Shown in pieces: positions 1 to 15,480 of a stretch of 64,000 nt of DNA. The stretch lies in contig OZ024742.1 of assembly GCA_964016885.1 (NCBI GenBank), forward strand, positions 288,052,001-288,116,000, written 5' to 3'. Made by a program: the position numbers and the translations under genes. Source of the DNA: Eledone cirrhosa. Its lineage: Eukaryota. The notes under the pieces were generated by a model. It ran no database searches, had not been told where the DNA came from, and saw only the letters and a program-made list of their open reading frames with translations. Numbering within the stretch: the stretch's first letter is position 1; every line of letters begins with the position of its first letter.

Positions 1-1083
1 TAATCATCATCATCCCACTGAGGTTAACTTTGTCTTTCATCCTGACGGTGTCGATAAAATAAAGTACCAGTAATGTAATGGCATAATTGCTGGCCTTGTG
101 CCAAAAGTAGAAACAATTATCATTACCTTCAGGCCTACTCACTGCTGGTTGATCTTCAGGGGAGATAACTCGTCAACAGCGTCACGTGCCTTTCTTCCTC
201 TAGCAACATCTACACATGTGGCTTGGTTATTTTCTTGTACTACCAACTAATCTTCACCCCATAGATGCTGTAAAGGACATTTCCTCTACCAGAAAAGAGA
301 GGAGGAAGGGAGGGACCCTTGGACATGCTCCTCCATTGGAGTTTTCTTTACCCACTAACCTTTCCATTTTCCATGGAAAAAGGTTCTTTGCAGCATATTC
401 GGAAGTAAGACTAGTTGGTAGCACACAGAAAAAAAAACGAAGGAAAAAGAAATGGCAAAGAAAACTCACAAAGAAGTGAGCATCCATGGTACTTTTACCT
501 GGCACAAATCTGAACTGCATCTTAGCTAGGTTAATTCGATCCCTAATCAGTTCTACAATGACTCTTTCTGTAAACTTTCATGACCTGGTCCATCAATTTG
601 ATGCCTCAGTAGTTTCCTCTGTCTAGTGCATCACCTTTGACCTTGTAGCAATTCATGATGATACTGCTACATCGGTAATTGGATATAGCACCATTTTGTA
701 TTACTTGATTTACAATATGGGTGGTTATGGTGTGGCCTACCATCCCAGATGCTTTCAGCATCTCAGCAACTATTCCCGATGGCCTGGGTGCTTTGCTTTG
801 TCTTCATATCCTTAACTGCCTTATATACTACACTGCCACTGACTTGTAAAGCTGGTGCCTCTGTTGGTTCTACTTGGGGCAGGCTATCTTCCTCCCACAC
901 AGTCTCCTTCTTCACCAGTCATAATGACAGCTGCAAGATATATTCCAGTTATACTACAAGATATATCAGTAAACAGTAACTACAAGATATATTGCTATTC
1001 CTTGAATCAAATCTGTCCTCTATTTTCTTTTTTTATCTTCTATCTTCCATTCTATGTTTGGGTTCAACGTAATCCTGTCATAT

Positions 1084-1168
1084 AATTCTGCAAATAACAC
1101 CTGATGATGCATCATAATCAAATGATAGGACTTGGCCATCGAAATATGTATAGTGCTTTCGCAGAATT
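1084..1168 (+). ncRNA. Hammerhead ribozyme motif (solitary pLTR-like remnant)
   Basis: aattctgc..cac-CTGATGA(1101-1107)...GAAA(1141-1144)-tatgta-TA-gtg..gcagaatt; stem I has an internal loop; stem II base is non-canonical. Confidence 0.7.
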
Positions 1169-1725
1169 AAAATGTCCAGTCAGGCCTTCTGTTGTTGTTT
1201 TAATGAATACTTAACTCTTTTCCTACACTAGCCATGGGATACCACCGTTGAGTGTTTTAATTAATTCATTGCACCATCATCTACCAACCCGAACCACCAG
1301 TTCTACCCATTGGTAAATAGCCTAACATAAATGGCAACATATATATATATATATATAATATACATATATCAGCTCCAAAGTAGGACCTTATTACAAGAAC
1401 ATCCTAACCTTATATGATCCAGACAAACCAGAAACAATATTCTCCAAGTTAAACCATGTCATGGAAGTCTTTAAGTTTAAGTTTTTATTCAACAAGATAT
1501 AAGGGTAGCAAGGATAATAAGAGATTTATAAACACAGTCAATTAAAGATTAACATTTATTATAGCAATCAACTCCACTTTATTGGAGTTTATAACTAATT
1601 CTTGTTCCACTGTAGGACAAATTCTGCAGAGCAGTGGCTCTCAAGTTGTGTAGCAGTGGATGGCTGAATAAATATGTACATGTGTAATTTAGTGACTGTT
1701 TGCAGAGAATGATTTACCACAGATG

Positions 1726-2550
<825 letters not shown>

Positions 2551-3719
2551 TTAGATTTTCTTCTTGCCATACATATATTTATAACTAAATGTCCATCAAC
2601 TGTGATCTCCTCTGTAAATGTGTCCCAGTTTAATTAGAATGGAAAATTGTCTTATAAAACATTCCAGACAATGAAGTAGAGAAATGTTAATAATCTCACG
2701 TAGATGAAATATTTCTCGCACAGATTTATATAAACAGTGTTATATCTATTGTTTATAACATCTTCCCTTAGTCTTTAAAAGATGAGAAATATTGGTGATG
2801 AATCTTAAGTAAATAATTCTGTTATGCCAATGTCGTCTGATATTCTGAAATGATAAAGAAACAGTATAAAATATAAATGATAGACACAAACATTTATCTC
2901 ACGATTGTTTAACATTATAACAAAAAAAAAGACATACTAAAAGTAAAGGTATATCCCAGTATGGCCACAGATCATTGACCGAAACCAGTAAACAAATAAA
3001 GGAATGCATAAACATATAGATAATGTTGTAGTTTACGTTCTTAAAATATAAGAGTGAAATGCTAGGTTTTCCTTGCCAGTCAGATTATATTATTTACATA
3101 TATGACAGTCGCAACGAAGTGGGCCCTCCATTTGGACTATACCATATAGCTATATCTATGCCGCAACCTAACATATATTGATTACTAACTTGATCTGCGG
3201 TTTTCCTGGTCTCCAAACCATAAAAGCTTTGTATATACATACAGTATATCATAAACTAGCCGAAGCCAAGCAAAGAGAGAATGAAATATCTCTGGGAGAT
3301 GATGATCAGGTAAATCTGTGTCGTGTACGGAGAGATTGCCGAACACTGACATATAAAGTGAAACCTCAATGGGATAGTTCCCATGTTCTGAAATAGTCGC
3401 ATAAATACTGACTTTTAACCTGTCAGCAAAACTTAAATAACAATTATTTTGTTTGAGCTAGCGCTGTCGCGTACCAGACTTACAAACTCACTCTCACATA
3501 GGGTATACATACATAGACAATGTTTATTATATATATATAAGAATTGGATTCGCAATCGTGAGGTTGTCCTTCAGCGTTGCTTCTTCTGTCTGTATTTGCG
3601 ACGACCGGCAGATAGTATTAGCAATTGGAAAGACAAATGGAAACATTGTTTCCTCGGTCCGATTTGACGAGCTCCATCCCACTCATTAAACGATCGACTG
3701 TCGAGATATATCACGAATG

Positions 3720-4240
3720 ATGAAAGGCAGGAGGCTGAATTGAGTGCAAGTATTGTAGCTTCAGCATTCGGTAATCAGAAGTGAAGTAAGTGTAAAAGCC
3801 AAAATCGCTATCTTCAATTCAGTATTCGTGCCAACCCTTACCTATGGTCATGAATATTGAGTAATGGTCGAAAGAATACGATCGTGAATACAAAAATTGG
3901 GTTCCTCCGAAGTAACGTTTCTCTATAGAGTGCGTAGCCCGGAAATCTGAGTCACTCCAGGTCGATCCACTACTTCTCCAAATCGTGAGATCACAGCTCC
4001 AATACTATGAGCATGTGGTTAGAATGTCTCAGGAAAAAATCGCTGGACAAATTTTTCAGGCAAAACCAACAGGCAGGCTGCCTAGGGGTCGACTCCGAGC
4101 AAGATGGTTGGATAACATTCATGAACTCGGCTGGCTTGATTGGGGATCCAACCGAATCAGTTGCTTCTGACAGGACACGCTGGGTGAGTGTTTGAGGACT
4201 CTTCCACTCACAACTCTCATGAATAAGTGGACGAAGAGAA
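3720..4240 (+). mobile_element. RTE-clade LINE 3' fragment
   Basis: Decayed C-terminal peptide (FNSVFVPTLTYGHE...SQLQYYEHVVRM...GRLPRGR..RWLDNI); related copies at ~14350-14730(+), ~16190-16500(-), ~21945-22265(-). Confidence 0.75.
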
Positions 4241-6259
4241 TATATATATATATACAGGAAGAAACGAGAAGGGCTTAATCAAAATTTCTTTTTTATGGAA
4301 CCCACCTTCAGACTAAGATTGTTAAAAATAAAAAAATTTAAAAAATAAAGAAATATTTACAATGAAAAATACAGGTAACTCATTTTCGTTTATTTAAGTG
4401 TCTGCTATTTTACGTCGAGATTCTGATTGAAGTAAAATATCTATTTGGTAATTCAGTATATTTCTATTACCTACATATCAATGAAGTGGAAATGTTGGAG
4501 CATGTGAAATTGATGTCGGCGAAGGCTGTGAAAAATATCCATAAAAATAACTAGTAACTACAGAATAATATATATACATATATATATTAGCACTAGCTGT
4601 TTATAATACATAAACATACTGTATACGGGTCCGAGTACGTCTCTCTCTACAAATATTTTGATGCACTTGTTTGGCAAGAGGTTTGATCTGAGAGACCGTG
4701 TTTTGAAACTGAAGTGACACTGCCATGTCTTGGCTTGTCTCAAAAATGTTTAGAAGGCAACATCAGCATTCCCTGTTATAGTGTGTAATGAAGGGAGTGT
4801 GTCATCCCTTCTCAACCTTTGTTTTCTTTCTCTTTCTGTTGACAATTTGTCTATCAACCTTCTGATAGAAGCGTTGAAATATATATATATATATATTGGA
4901 TTTTAGTCTTCACATTTATTATTATTACTATATATATATCAAATAAGGCTCAGATTATATATATATACATATAATCGTTTTAAGGTGATCATTTACTTAC
5001 TGGCTACTCAGAGATTTACGGTAACTCCAGGAACTCCCAAGGCAAAAAGTTGAATGGCCTAAACTCAAAATATTGCCCCTAATAAATACTAAGCGGAAGT
5101 TGGATAACTTGACTTTCCATTAGTCAGCTTTGGTCATGTGATGAAGCGTATAGCAACGTTTGTTATTGTTTTACCCTAATGTCAGCTCCAATTCAGTAGA
5201 CTTATAAAGACGTTCCAGCCATGACCAACACTCGCCTTTTAGTATATTGCCAATGTATAATACTTTTTACAACTCTAATTCATTGTAAATCACCAATGGA
5301 AAACTAAATGTTTCGCTTTTCACATTATAGTATTATGGTTTCTAATTGAGGCATAAGACCAGCAATTTAAGAGTATAGAAAAGTCGATTAAATCGACCCA
5401 GTACTTGACTGGTACTTTATTGCACTTTAAATATTTATCTTGAAATTTCCGTCCTCCATCCATTCCGTGAAATTAACTTGCAAGTGATGAGCATTCCACA
5501 GACTTGCACTCTTAAGATTCATTGTGGCACAGTCTGTGAGTGGTTGAGCATTTTAGAGACACGTGCACTCTTAACGTGGTTCTCAGGGAGATTCGGTGTG
5601 ATAGTGTGTGACAAGACTTCCCTTTTGAGGTACAACTCATATTTTTCCAGCTGATTTGGAATGTGAAATAAAGTATCTTGTTCGAGGACAATGTACCGTC
5701 AGGGATTAAAACCACGACCTTACTATTGTGCTTGTCCTAATGTTCAGAGGTGGTGAAGCTCTTTACACTCTGGTTTCAAATCCCGTTGTGGTTAATTTTG
5801 TCTTTCAAACTAAAGTACCAGTCAAATACTAGGGTCGATTTAATCGACTTTCCAATTTCCCCAAATTGCTAACCTTTTGCCAATGTTATAAATCACTTCT
5901 CATCCCGAGCGGATAAATTGTTTGCCTTTCACTAATGAATTCGTTATTATTAACACTTCTCATACACCCCACTCTCCAAGAGGAAGCTAGAGTTAACTCC
6001 CCTGATACTTTATAGTAGAAACCCCCCCCCCCCCCCCTCATCACTTACTGTTGTAACACAGCTGGCACTGCGGGAAAATCTCTGTCAACTGTTCACTAGA
6101 GATAGAAATAATTTTGTCACTTACCAACAAAAATAATTCTCCCGTACACCATATATTTATACAAATATGTCTCTTCTTTAATTAACGATTCTGCACATCT
6201 TAACACTCGACGAAAACTGACCAACGAAGATCAAATAATTCGATTTCTGCGGTTGTCTT

Positions 6260-6552
6260 TATACCGGAAATAACTCATGTTTGCATATTTTACGTTGAAC
6301 TTCGAAGAGGCAATTAAATCAATGCAGTTTCCTTGTACCATATTACCTTGACTCCCAGAAAAATATTTATTATTTCTACATAATACAGACCTAATTCTAA
6401 ACACAATATATATTTATCTATAATATATATTTACGTCCATCAACAATAGCTACACATAAAGGAGCTACAACAATTGTGAGGTTACAAAAGATAAAGACTT
6501 TCCACCAATTCAGCTGTAATCATTTACTGAACAGTATATGTTGGAGGTAATT
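6260..6552 (+). promoter_or_regulatory. Putative upstream non-coding exon of ZNF-2 with splice donor
   Basis: CCGGAAAT (Ets-like) near 6264; ends ttggag|GTAATT (GT 6547-6548); homologous block on the minus strand at ~30835-31200 upstream of ZNF-4. Confidence 0.55.
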
Positions 6553-8789
6553 GTTTAGATAACGTTGTTAATGCTTTTCAATCAGACGTCTCTTCTTCGT
6601 TCATCAATATAATATTTTATTGTCTTTTTTTTGTTTGATCTATTTTGATGTTCGTAACAGCCCTGAAACAATCTTTGATCAAAGAACTGTTCGGTCAAGT
6701 TGACCAGGGGTTAAATAACTGCAACCAAGACGCCGAGGATGCGTCTATGTCAGTCAGAGGCAAACTGCTGTCGTTTGGCTTTCTAATCACGCTAATCAGA
6801 AATTACCTTGAACCTTTTTTTAGGAGTGCGGCCCGCCTTATTATAAACTCCAGCTCATGCGGCCCACTGCTTGCGAAAGGTTGCCCATACCAGATTTAGA
6901 TGATCACAAATAACAGCCAATTACAACTTTCAACCCTGAAAAGGGTAAATATGGATAATTTAGTGTGGTTAATACAATCACCGTCATTAATGAGAAAACT
7001 AAACGATAACTTGGCTCTCTTGAATTACCGAAACAAATAAAACCCTCACCAGCATAAAAAAACAGGCACACTCCAGAATGTCAGACATCACTCACCCACT
7101 TGCTCTAAGGTCATTCCTATGATCCAACTGTCAAGGACACTGAGCACCCTAGTTTTGTAATGAGGTAGTGCTGGTACTATGATAAAATGTACCTAGCCCA
7201 CCCTGTAAAGTGTTAGTGCCAGTACCTCGATGAAATACACCCAGTCCACCCTGTGAGGTGGTAGTCCTGATGCCATGATGAAAAGCACCCAGACTACCCT
7301 GTAAGTCAATAAAATCCTTCCAGTACATGCTGTAGTGGTTGTTGTTAGGTTAGTCATCAGTAGATAGTAGAAACCATGCTCCCATTACATGCAGTAAAGT
7401 GGTTGGTGTTAGGAAGGGCATCCAGCCATGGAAACTAAGCCAAAACAAAGCATATGAGCAGGATCTAGTTGGCTAACCAGTCTGGCCTCAGAACATGAAA
7501 GCCATCTAACCTATGCAAGAATAGAAAATAGAGATATGTATGTTTGGAGCTATTTCTAGTACTTCTTATGGACTGTCCTGTTATATCTGCCCTTCTGATA
7601 AACGCTATTTTAACACCATGTGGAGAACATTTAAAATTTCTTCCCATGGCAGGTAAATAGTATTATTGTCCAGTGTGATATATATATAGAAGACTGAATC
7701 CCTACTGAGGATTAAAATCTTGGTCTTAAGATGCTTATTACCAAAATCAGTAATTGGTGATTGATATTGATTACTTAAATCGATGGTTTGCTTTATTCTT
7801 TTGGTCTTATGAAACATCTTTGTAGAGGGGTGTACGCTTGTTACCACATTGAAGTATGTATATTTTCTTACATATTATTTACTTTGTATATATGTTCAGA
7901 ATACTAATTGTTTTTTAATTGATATATAACTTTTTTTATATATCACTTAAGCGAGAGCTACTCCCACTGTTGACAACAAAAGGTTTCTCCCAACATACAA
8001 AATGACACCTGTGTGCAAAGAGCAATGCTGCATGGAAATAAGCCATGGGTAGTGACTGCAGAGAAATGTAGTAACCATGCTTCATTGGATGTACAATGTA
8101 AGTGTGAAAGAAAGGCTTGGATGAACTAAGGGGGAAACTGGGTTCAAGAGGAATCCAAAATTCCTAAGTGGTATGCAAGAGAGAAGGCTGCATTAGTACA
8201 GACATGTGATGAACGCTGAGTGAAGAAGAGCCAGGAAATCCCAGAGGAATGAAGCCACAGTAGATGTAGACCAAGGAAGACTTGGGCAGAGATAGTGAGA
8301 GCTGATCTCAAATCACTGAGATTCACAAAGGAAATGATGAAGGAATATGATGAATGGTGAAATGCTGAAGAGGACCCGTCTAACCCATGGAAAAATGGAC
8401 ATAAAAATGTTGATGATGACGAATATTCACAAAAATGTGTTTGTTTTCTCTTCCCATTACATTTAACATTGTAGGCTGTAATATTTGTTAACAGGCCATG
8501 TAATCGGTTCCCTCTGCTCAGCAGTTAGTGGTGGTGTCCAATAAGGGCCTCTGGCCATTGAATTCTGCTTCAAAAAATGTTTTTCACCTTTTGATAGTGT
8601 GGCAAAATATGTTAAACCGATGAAGAGCAACACTATCATTGTCTAAGAAGACATAAGTTTGTGACAACCTCCAAACACTGTAGTTTATATAACCATAACT
8701 ATATCTACATTCATGAGATCCTTTTGTTCGGGTAAATGTTTATCAATATAGAAATATAGTAAAATTTCTACTGTTGAATCTCTTTATCT

Positions 8790-9173
8790 TCTATATCTTA
8801 TACTGTATCTTTATTATTTCAGAATATCAGATGACATGGACATAACAGAAAATTTTACTTCAGATACATCTTCAATATTTATCATCTTTTAAGGACTGGA
8901 GGAAGATGTTATACAGAACAGATATAACTGTCTATATAAATCTATGGTAGAATTACTGTGAAATATTTCATCTAAGTGAGATAACAACATTTCTCTACTT
9001 CACTCAAAAATATGTACAAATAATATTCCATTCTAATTAAACTGCGACAAATTTACAAAGGAAATATTGATAGAGATCACAGTTGATAAGGATATAGTAG
9101 TACAGATATATTGGTTAGGAATAAATTATAAAAACAAAAACAAGTATTTATATGTAGTGTGAAAAGAAAGGTT
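8790..9173 (+). promoter_or_regulatory. Conserved 3' splice acceptor and non-coding leader of the ZNF coding exon
   Basis: tttattatttcAG|aatatcagatgacat (AG at 8821-8822). Homologous acceptors at 2845-2846(-), 17906-17907(+), 27429-27430(-), 33015-33016(+), 46560-46561(-), 53283-53284(-), 63851-63852(-). All three frames of this leader contain stops. Confidence 0.7.
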
Positions 9174-11465
9174 ATGGAATTAGAACTAATTGATAAGCAG
9201 GTTGAATCTAAAACAAAGCCTATAGGGATTGATTTTCCTGATAGGATACTGAAAGTGATTAGAAATCCACCATACAGCTGTAATATCTGTAAAAGGTCAT
9301 ATCCTAGTAAAAGTAACTTGATTATTCACAAACGCATTCATACAAGAGAGATGCCATATCGCTGTAATGTTTGTGATAAATCATTCTCTCAAAAAGGTAA
9401 TTTAACTAGACACAAACGTATTCATACAGGAGAGAAACCACATCAGTGTGATATCTGTGGTAAATCATTCTCCGAAAAAGATTCTTTAATAACTCACAAA
9501 CGTATTCATACAGGAGAGAAGCCATATCGATGTGATATCTGTGGTAAATCATTCACAGTAGCAGGTAAATTAACTGGCCACAAACGCACACATACAGGAG
9601 AGAAACCATATCAATGTGCTATCTGTAAAACATCATTCGCAGAAACAGGTCACTTAACTGCTCACCAGCGAATTCATACAGGTGAGAAGCCATATCACTG
9701 TGTTACCTGTGGTAAATCATTCGCTCATGCAAGTACCTTAATTCTTCACAAACGCAGTCATACAGGAGAGAAACCATATCATTGTGATGTCTGTGGTAAA
9801 TCATTCTCAGGAAATGGTCAATTGACTCAACACAATTTCATTCATACAGGAGAAAAACCATTTCACTGTGATATCTGTGGTAAATCATTCTCTCGAAATG
9901 GTGACTTAACTAAACATAAACGCAGCCATACAGGAGAGAAGCCATATGATTGTGGTTTATGTGGTAAATCATTCTCTGAGATAAGTAGCTTAACTACTCA
10001 CACGTACATTCATACAGGAGAGAAACCATATCACTGTGATATATGTGGTAAAACATTTCCTCATGCAGGTCAAGTAACCAAACACAAACGCTCCCATACG
10101 CAGGAGAGGCCATATGACTGCGATATCTGTGGTAAATCATTCTCTTATAAATGTATCTTAACTACTCACAAAATTACTCACACAGGAGAAAAACCATATC
10201 ATTGTGATACCTGTGGTAAAAAGTTTTCTAAAACAAGTAACTTAACTACACATAAACGCACACATACTGGAGAGAAACCATATCACTGTGATATCTGTGG
10301 TAAATCATTCTCTCAAAAAGAAAACCTAACCACTCACACGTACATTCATACAGGAGAAAAACCACATCACTGTGATATTTGTGGTAAATCCTTCACTGTA
10401 AGAAGTACGTTATTTAACCACAAACGTATTCATACAGGAGAGAGGCCATATAATTGTGCTATCTGTGGCAAAACATTCTCTCATGTAAATAGCTTATATG
10501 GTCACAGACGCACTCACACAGGAGAGAAACCATATCACTGTGATACATGTGGTAAATCCTTCTCTCAAAAATCTATCTTAACCAGTCACAATCGTATTCA
10601 TACTGGAGAAAAACCATATCATTGTTATATCTGTGGTAAATTATTCTCACATGGAAGTAGCTTCTATAAACACAGACGCATGCATACAAGGGAAAAACCA
10701 TATCACTGTGATATCTGTGACAAATCATTCTATCATGAACAAAGCTTAGTTAGGCACAGACGTAATCATCCAGGTGAAAGACCATATTCTTGTAATATCT
10801 GTGGTAAATCATTCTCTAAATCAAGTGATGTAACTGTACACAAGCGCATTCATACAGGAGAGAGGCCATATAACTGTGACATCTGTGGTAAATCATTCTC
10901 TCATAAAAGTACTGTCATTAGCCATAAACGTATTCATACAGGAGAGAAGCCATATCAGTGTGATATCTGTGGTAAATCATTCTCACAAAATAATAACTTA
11001 ACTAAACACAAACATACTCATACAGGAGCAAAGCCACATAATTGTGATATCTGTGGTAAATCATTTTCACAAAAGTATCGTTTAACTAAGCATAAACACA
11101 TTCATACTGGAGAGCAACCATATCATTGTGATATCTGTGGCAAATCATTCTCTGAAGGATTTATCTTAACTAGACACAAGCGTTCTCACACTGGAGAGAG
11201 GCCATATCACTGTGATATCTGTGGTAAATCATTCTCAGAAAAAGGTCACCTAACCAAACACAAACGCATTCATACAGGAGAGAAACCCTATCAATGTGAT
11301 ATATGTGGTAAATCATTCTTAGATAAAGGTCACTTAAAATCTCACAGGCATACTCATTCAGGAGCAAAACCATATCACTGTCATATCTGTGGTAAATCGT
11401 TTACTGAGAGAGGTAATTTAAATAGACACAGTCGTATTCATACAAGAGAGAAGCCACATAACTGA
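9174..11465 (+). CDS. C2H2 zinc-finger protein, subfamily A, 26 fingers (ZNF-2)
   Basis: Uninterrupted ORF; ATG at 9174 (MELELI); 26 counted C2H2 units with TGEKPY-type linkers; short N-terminus with no recognisable effector domain. Confidence 0.93.
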   Translation: MELELIDKQVESKTKPIGIDFPDRILKVIRNPPYSCNICKRSYPSKSNLIIHKRIHTREMPYRCNVCDKSFSQKGNLTRHKRIHTGEKPHQCDICGKSFSEKDSLITHKRIHTGEKPYRCDICGKSFTVAGKLTGHKRTHTGEKPYQCAICKTSFAETGHLTAHQRIHTGEKPYHCVTCGKSFAHASTLILHKRSHTGEKPYHCDVCGKSFSGNGQLTQHNFIHTGEKPFHCDICGKSFSRNGDLTKHKRSHTGEKPYDCGLCGKSFSEISSLTTHTYIHTGEKPYHCDICGKTFPHAGQVTKHKRSHTQERPYDCDICGKSFSYKCILTTHKITHTGEKPYHCDTCGKKFSKTSNLTTHKRTHTGEKPYHCDICGKSFSQKENLTTHTYIHTGEKPHHCDICGKSFTVRSTLFNHKRIHTGERPYNCAICGKTFSHVNSLYGHRRTHTGEKPYHCDTCGKSFSQKSILTSHNRIHTGEKPYHCYICGKLFSHGSSFYKHRRMHTREKPYHCDICDKSFYHEQSLVRHRRNHPGERPYSCNICGKSFSKSSDVTVHKRIHTGERPYNCDICGKSFSHKSTVISHKRIHTGEKPYQCDICGKSFSQNNNLTKHKHTHTGAKPHNCDICGKSFSQKYRLTKHKHIHTGEQPYHCDICGKSFSEGFILTRHKRSHTGERPYHCDICGKSFSEKGHLTKHKRIHTGEKPYQCDICGKSFLDKGHLKSHRHTHSGAKPYHCHICGKSFTERGNLNRHSRIHTREKPHN

Positions 11466-12420
11466 AATCTCTTGAAGATGATGAACCAATCTAGATCCCA
11501 AACATCACTGATTCTCACACAAACTCCACATTATATTCTTCTCCAAGACAAATCACTGAACCCGTGTATAGTACATCTTTGATCTTAAGTCTACACTGGC
11601 ATTCACTCTCCCTGCCACATACATCTTTCACTTGGTTATCAGTAACAAAGAACTTCAGTTCCTTTGGCTGTCTCCTTTCCACTCCTCTAAATTCATTTAC
11701 TCTATATTCCTCCATCCAACTCTTCAGTTATACATCACCCCTCTCTGAAGTCAGCTTCCTTATTGTCAACCTTTTTGTGATAAGAATTTGGAGGGATTTA
11801 CTAAAATTCTTATTTCATTATTAAAATGGCATTTAAAATATTCTCATATCAAATTACCTGCAACTCCTGTGTACCTTGAATCTGATGTTAGGTGGGCATA
11901 TTGCATAAAGGTGCATTGCTGTGATTGTATGAAACTCAACTGTGTTCACTACAATAATGCAGGGTATAATGGAACCCACACATCCTTGCCATGACTGAAG
12001 CTGGCCCTGTCAAAAACAAGAGGTGGGACCCCATCTAGCTTTGATTGATGAAGAAAAAATTGTCCCACCCTTGCAAGCAGGGAAAAGCAGACGTAAAATG
12101 AAATGAAATGATGAAATGAATGCAGACAATAAGGAGGTGCTTTATTTTTATTTTATTGTTATTACTATTTGTCTGCTGTTGTGGTAGTTATTGCTATTGT
12201 TGTTGTCATAGATGTAGAAGCAGCAGTAGTATCTATCTGTTCAGACATTCACTGTCATCTCAGACAATATGAGGAGGAAATTGTATATAGTGATTAAACC
12301 CAATCAAATATGCTCATGCACTGGTTGGATAGCTTGTAAACAGGATACTGGCTATATATATATATATATATATACAATGTCAAGTGCCCTGGAGATGCAA
12401 ATATTCTGATTTCAGTTCAC

Positions 12421-12507
12421 ACGTCTGATGAGTAGATAGATAATGAAGTCAGGTCTGTTACATCAATAGAAACCTTGAGCCAATCATCTGTGATACATAT
12501 GTAATGT
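12421..12507 (+). ncRNA. Degenerate hammerhead motif (GAAA changed to GATA)
   Basis: acgt-CTGATGA-gtagat...atctgt-GATA-catatg-TA-atgt; lies between two (TA)n tracts; related to 22562-22650 and 29451-29537. Confidence 0.6.
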
Positions 12508-14984
12508 TTGATATAAAATAAAAACATTTTAAAGTGAAACTTTGTTATCTCATACATGATATATATATATATATAAATAAAAGCAACATCAAAATAAGTT
12601 CAAGACAGGAGAGGAAACAGGAAAATCTGTAAGAGGAGAGTTTGGGGGCTTTATGTTAAGTATAGGTTCAGGATAGCTTTACATGAGGGTGATCTGTTAG
12701 TGGAACAGCACAGTAGATTGAGCCAAGAGACAGGCGTGGAAAAATGGAGGCAGCAGAAACCAGTAGCTAAAAGAGGCTAGGCAACGTATACACAGCTCTG
12801 AAAGAAGGATGTTTGCCAATGTTTTGTGATGTGAGATGTTCTGCATTGCAAGGCATATATATATACACATATGTACATGTATATATATGACTTCCTAAGC
12901 TATGCATATTAATTCCAACATGATTGCAGGTTCCTGTCATTGATGATCCTCCAATACTGCAGTGAAACAAAGGAACACTGGCAAAGCACCTGGGAAAGAT
13001 AGCATGATAGAAATAGAACAACATATACCACCAAGTGTGGTTGAAGGATACAGTCCCACAGAACTGGAAGAATGCCATTCTCGTCTCCCTCTTCAAGAAA
13101 CGACCCAAAGATGTTTGTGACAACTACCTTGGTGTCTCTTTACTATCAGTTGTTGATGCAAGAAAATGCGATCTCATCAGGTGTCATTACTGAATATTTT
13201 TGTTGTTTAATACTCAAGATATATTTAATAAAGTATATTAGATGTGGCTGGCAATTAAGAACTGGAGCAGCAGTGTAGTGAAAAGACAAGTAAAATTTGT
13301 GTCACTATGAACTTTTTACATTTCTTCTCTTTCAATATTATATATATTCTTCACTCACTTATTCCTGAGAGTGTCATGGGGGCAGGTCCTCAAATAATCT
13401 CTTCAGCTTGAGGAGATCCATGGGGACATGCAGAGTGGGTATAGAGATATGTAATATCTCGACCATGGCGGCAAGTTGAACACACAAGCCGAAACCGCTT
13501 GGCGCCGCGGTCGGGATGTAATCTCTCTCTCTCTCTATATATATATATATACTTTTACTGGGTTCAGTTATAAGACAGGCACCACCTAAGTGCTGCCAAT
13601 AATGACAAAAACTTCGTTTTCAGCAGTTCGACTACCTCTGAACGTCTCGAATGCTACAGGGAGAAAAATGTAATTTACCTTCCTAATATCATGATCATCG
13701 TTTAACGTCTTCCACGCAAGCATGGGTCTGGACGGGAATTGTCCCACTTGAGGCAAGATTGGTTGTCTTGCTCAGGACTGTCTGGCGGGTTTTCTACGGC
13801 TGGATGCCCTTCCTAACACCAACCACGTTTACAGTGTGGACTGGGAGGTTTTTACCGTGTTATCTACACGGCCACATAACAGCGTGGACTGTGTTTTTTT
13901 TTTTTTTGTCGTGACACCTACACGACCTCATTTATTTAGGACTGGATGTTGTGGTACCAACATAGCTTTACATCGAAATGGGTGGTGTAGTGGGACGGGA
14001 TATTCTATACAATCATATTTTATACTTCAGATATCGGTCTCGATTTAATATTCCAATAACGCACACAATGTGTTACGAGTGTAATTGTAATAGTTCATAA
14101 TACTGATTTGCTGTTTGTTTATATCCCGTAACTTAGCGGTTCCACGAAATAAGTTCTGGGGTCAATATAATCAACTAAAGTCCCTTCAAGGCTGTAGTTA
14201 AATGACTAAAAATCAGTAAGGATGAAAGAATTACATATCCCCACCAACTCCACAAAAAAAAATAAGCAAAACAATTTAATTATAACACCGTAAAAGGAAA
14301 AATCTCTAGCAGCTGGCAAACACATACTCTGATGTCGGTTTTAATATTTCCGTAATGATATCTTCAATTCGGCATTCGTCTGAAGGGTCTTTAGAGTAAC
14401 GTTACTCAATATAGTGCGTAACTCGAAGATAGAGAGTCACTCCAGGTAGAACCGCTACTTCTCCAGAATTGAGAGATCACAGCTTCTATATTACAGACAT
14501 GTGGTTAGAATGTTTCAGCAAAGAATCGCTGGATAGATTTTACGGGCTGAAAATAACCGGCAGGAGACCCAGGAAGATGGTTGGATAATATTCATGAGCT
14601 TGGCTGGTCTCGATTGGGGATTCAGCCGGATCAGTTGGAGACGGTTACTTCTGAAAGGATCCGTTAGAAGGAGTGTTTAAGGACTCTGCCCATACGACCC
14701 TCTCAGGAAGATGTTGAATGGAGAAAATTATATATGTATATAAATGACAATAAGGAAACGAAAAAGAAATCAAGCAACGAAAGAAGGGTCAAGTGCAGAT
14801 GGAGCTATAAACAATACAGCCCTATTTGAGCGGTGTGCTTCGACCAAGTCCCGCGGATATAATTGCAAAAATGTGTGTTCCATTCCATATTTTGTATATA
14901 ACATATACGCATGCACAACATGAGTGATTTCCTGTTCCGTCTCGTAGTTTGCGTTTCTGCTTTCTTTGGAATTTACAATATTTC

Positions 14985-15480
14985 ATAACAACATTTCTTT
15001 TTATTGCTACAACAACCAGATCTCAGCTATATCAACATTATCTTTTATAAAACATTACTAAACCTTTCTCAAATACCAGAGCCAGTTATAACAACACCAT
15101 ATTGTTATATGTCAATTATAAACAATTTCTCTACTGCCAATCATATAACAATGTCATTTATAAACATTTACAATAACAATATCATTTATACACAGTTACA
15201 ATAACAATATCATTTATAAAACATTTCTCAATTATCAGACACAGTTACACTAATAATATCATTTATCAACCTTTTCTCAACTATCAGACACAGTTGATCC
15301 TTGTGGTGTGCAGCCGATTATGACACTTGGTGGTGAATTGATGTTTGTTTTTTCTCTCGCTGTGATCATATATTTTTGTGCATTATATTTGTGAGGTTCA
15401 TTGCAATAATTAATTGTAGTTACAACAATATCATTTATAAGACAGTTCTCAACTACTATATGTAATTATAACAACAACAG
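14985..15480. repeat. Degenerate ~50-bp tandem repeat
   Basis: Recurrent acaacaatatcatttataaaac...ttctcaa.tatcagacacagtta units. Confidence 0.6.

Noticed and set aside
216-1085. Short ORFs at the window start
   Set aside because: No recognisable domains apart from a few residues resembling an RTE RT fragment (QFRFVPGKSTMDA); treated as decayed repeat sequence.
9174-9290. KRAB, SCAN, ZAD or BTB effector domain at ZNF N-termini
   Set aside because: Pre-finger segments are only about 25-35 aa with no recognisable motif; no gene symbols assigned.
13150-13200. Minus-strand CTGATGA followed by a small hairpin
   Set aside because: GAAA and the 3' strand of stem I are missing; at best a truncated relic.
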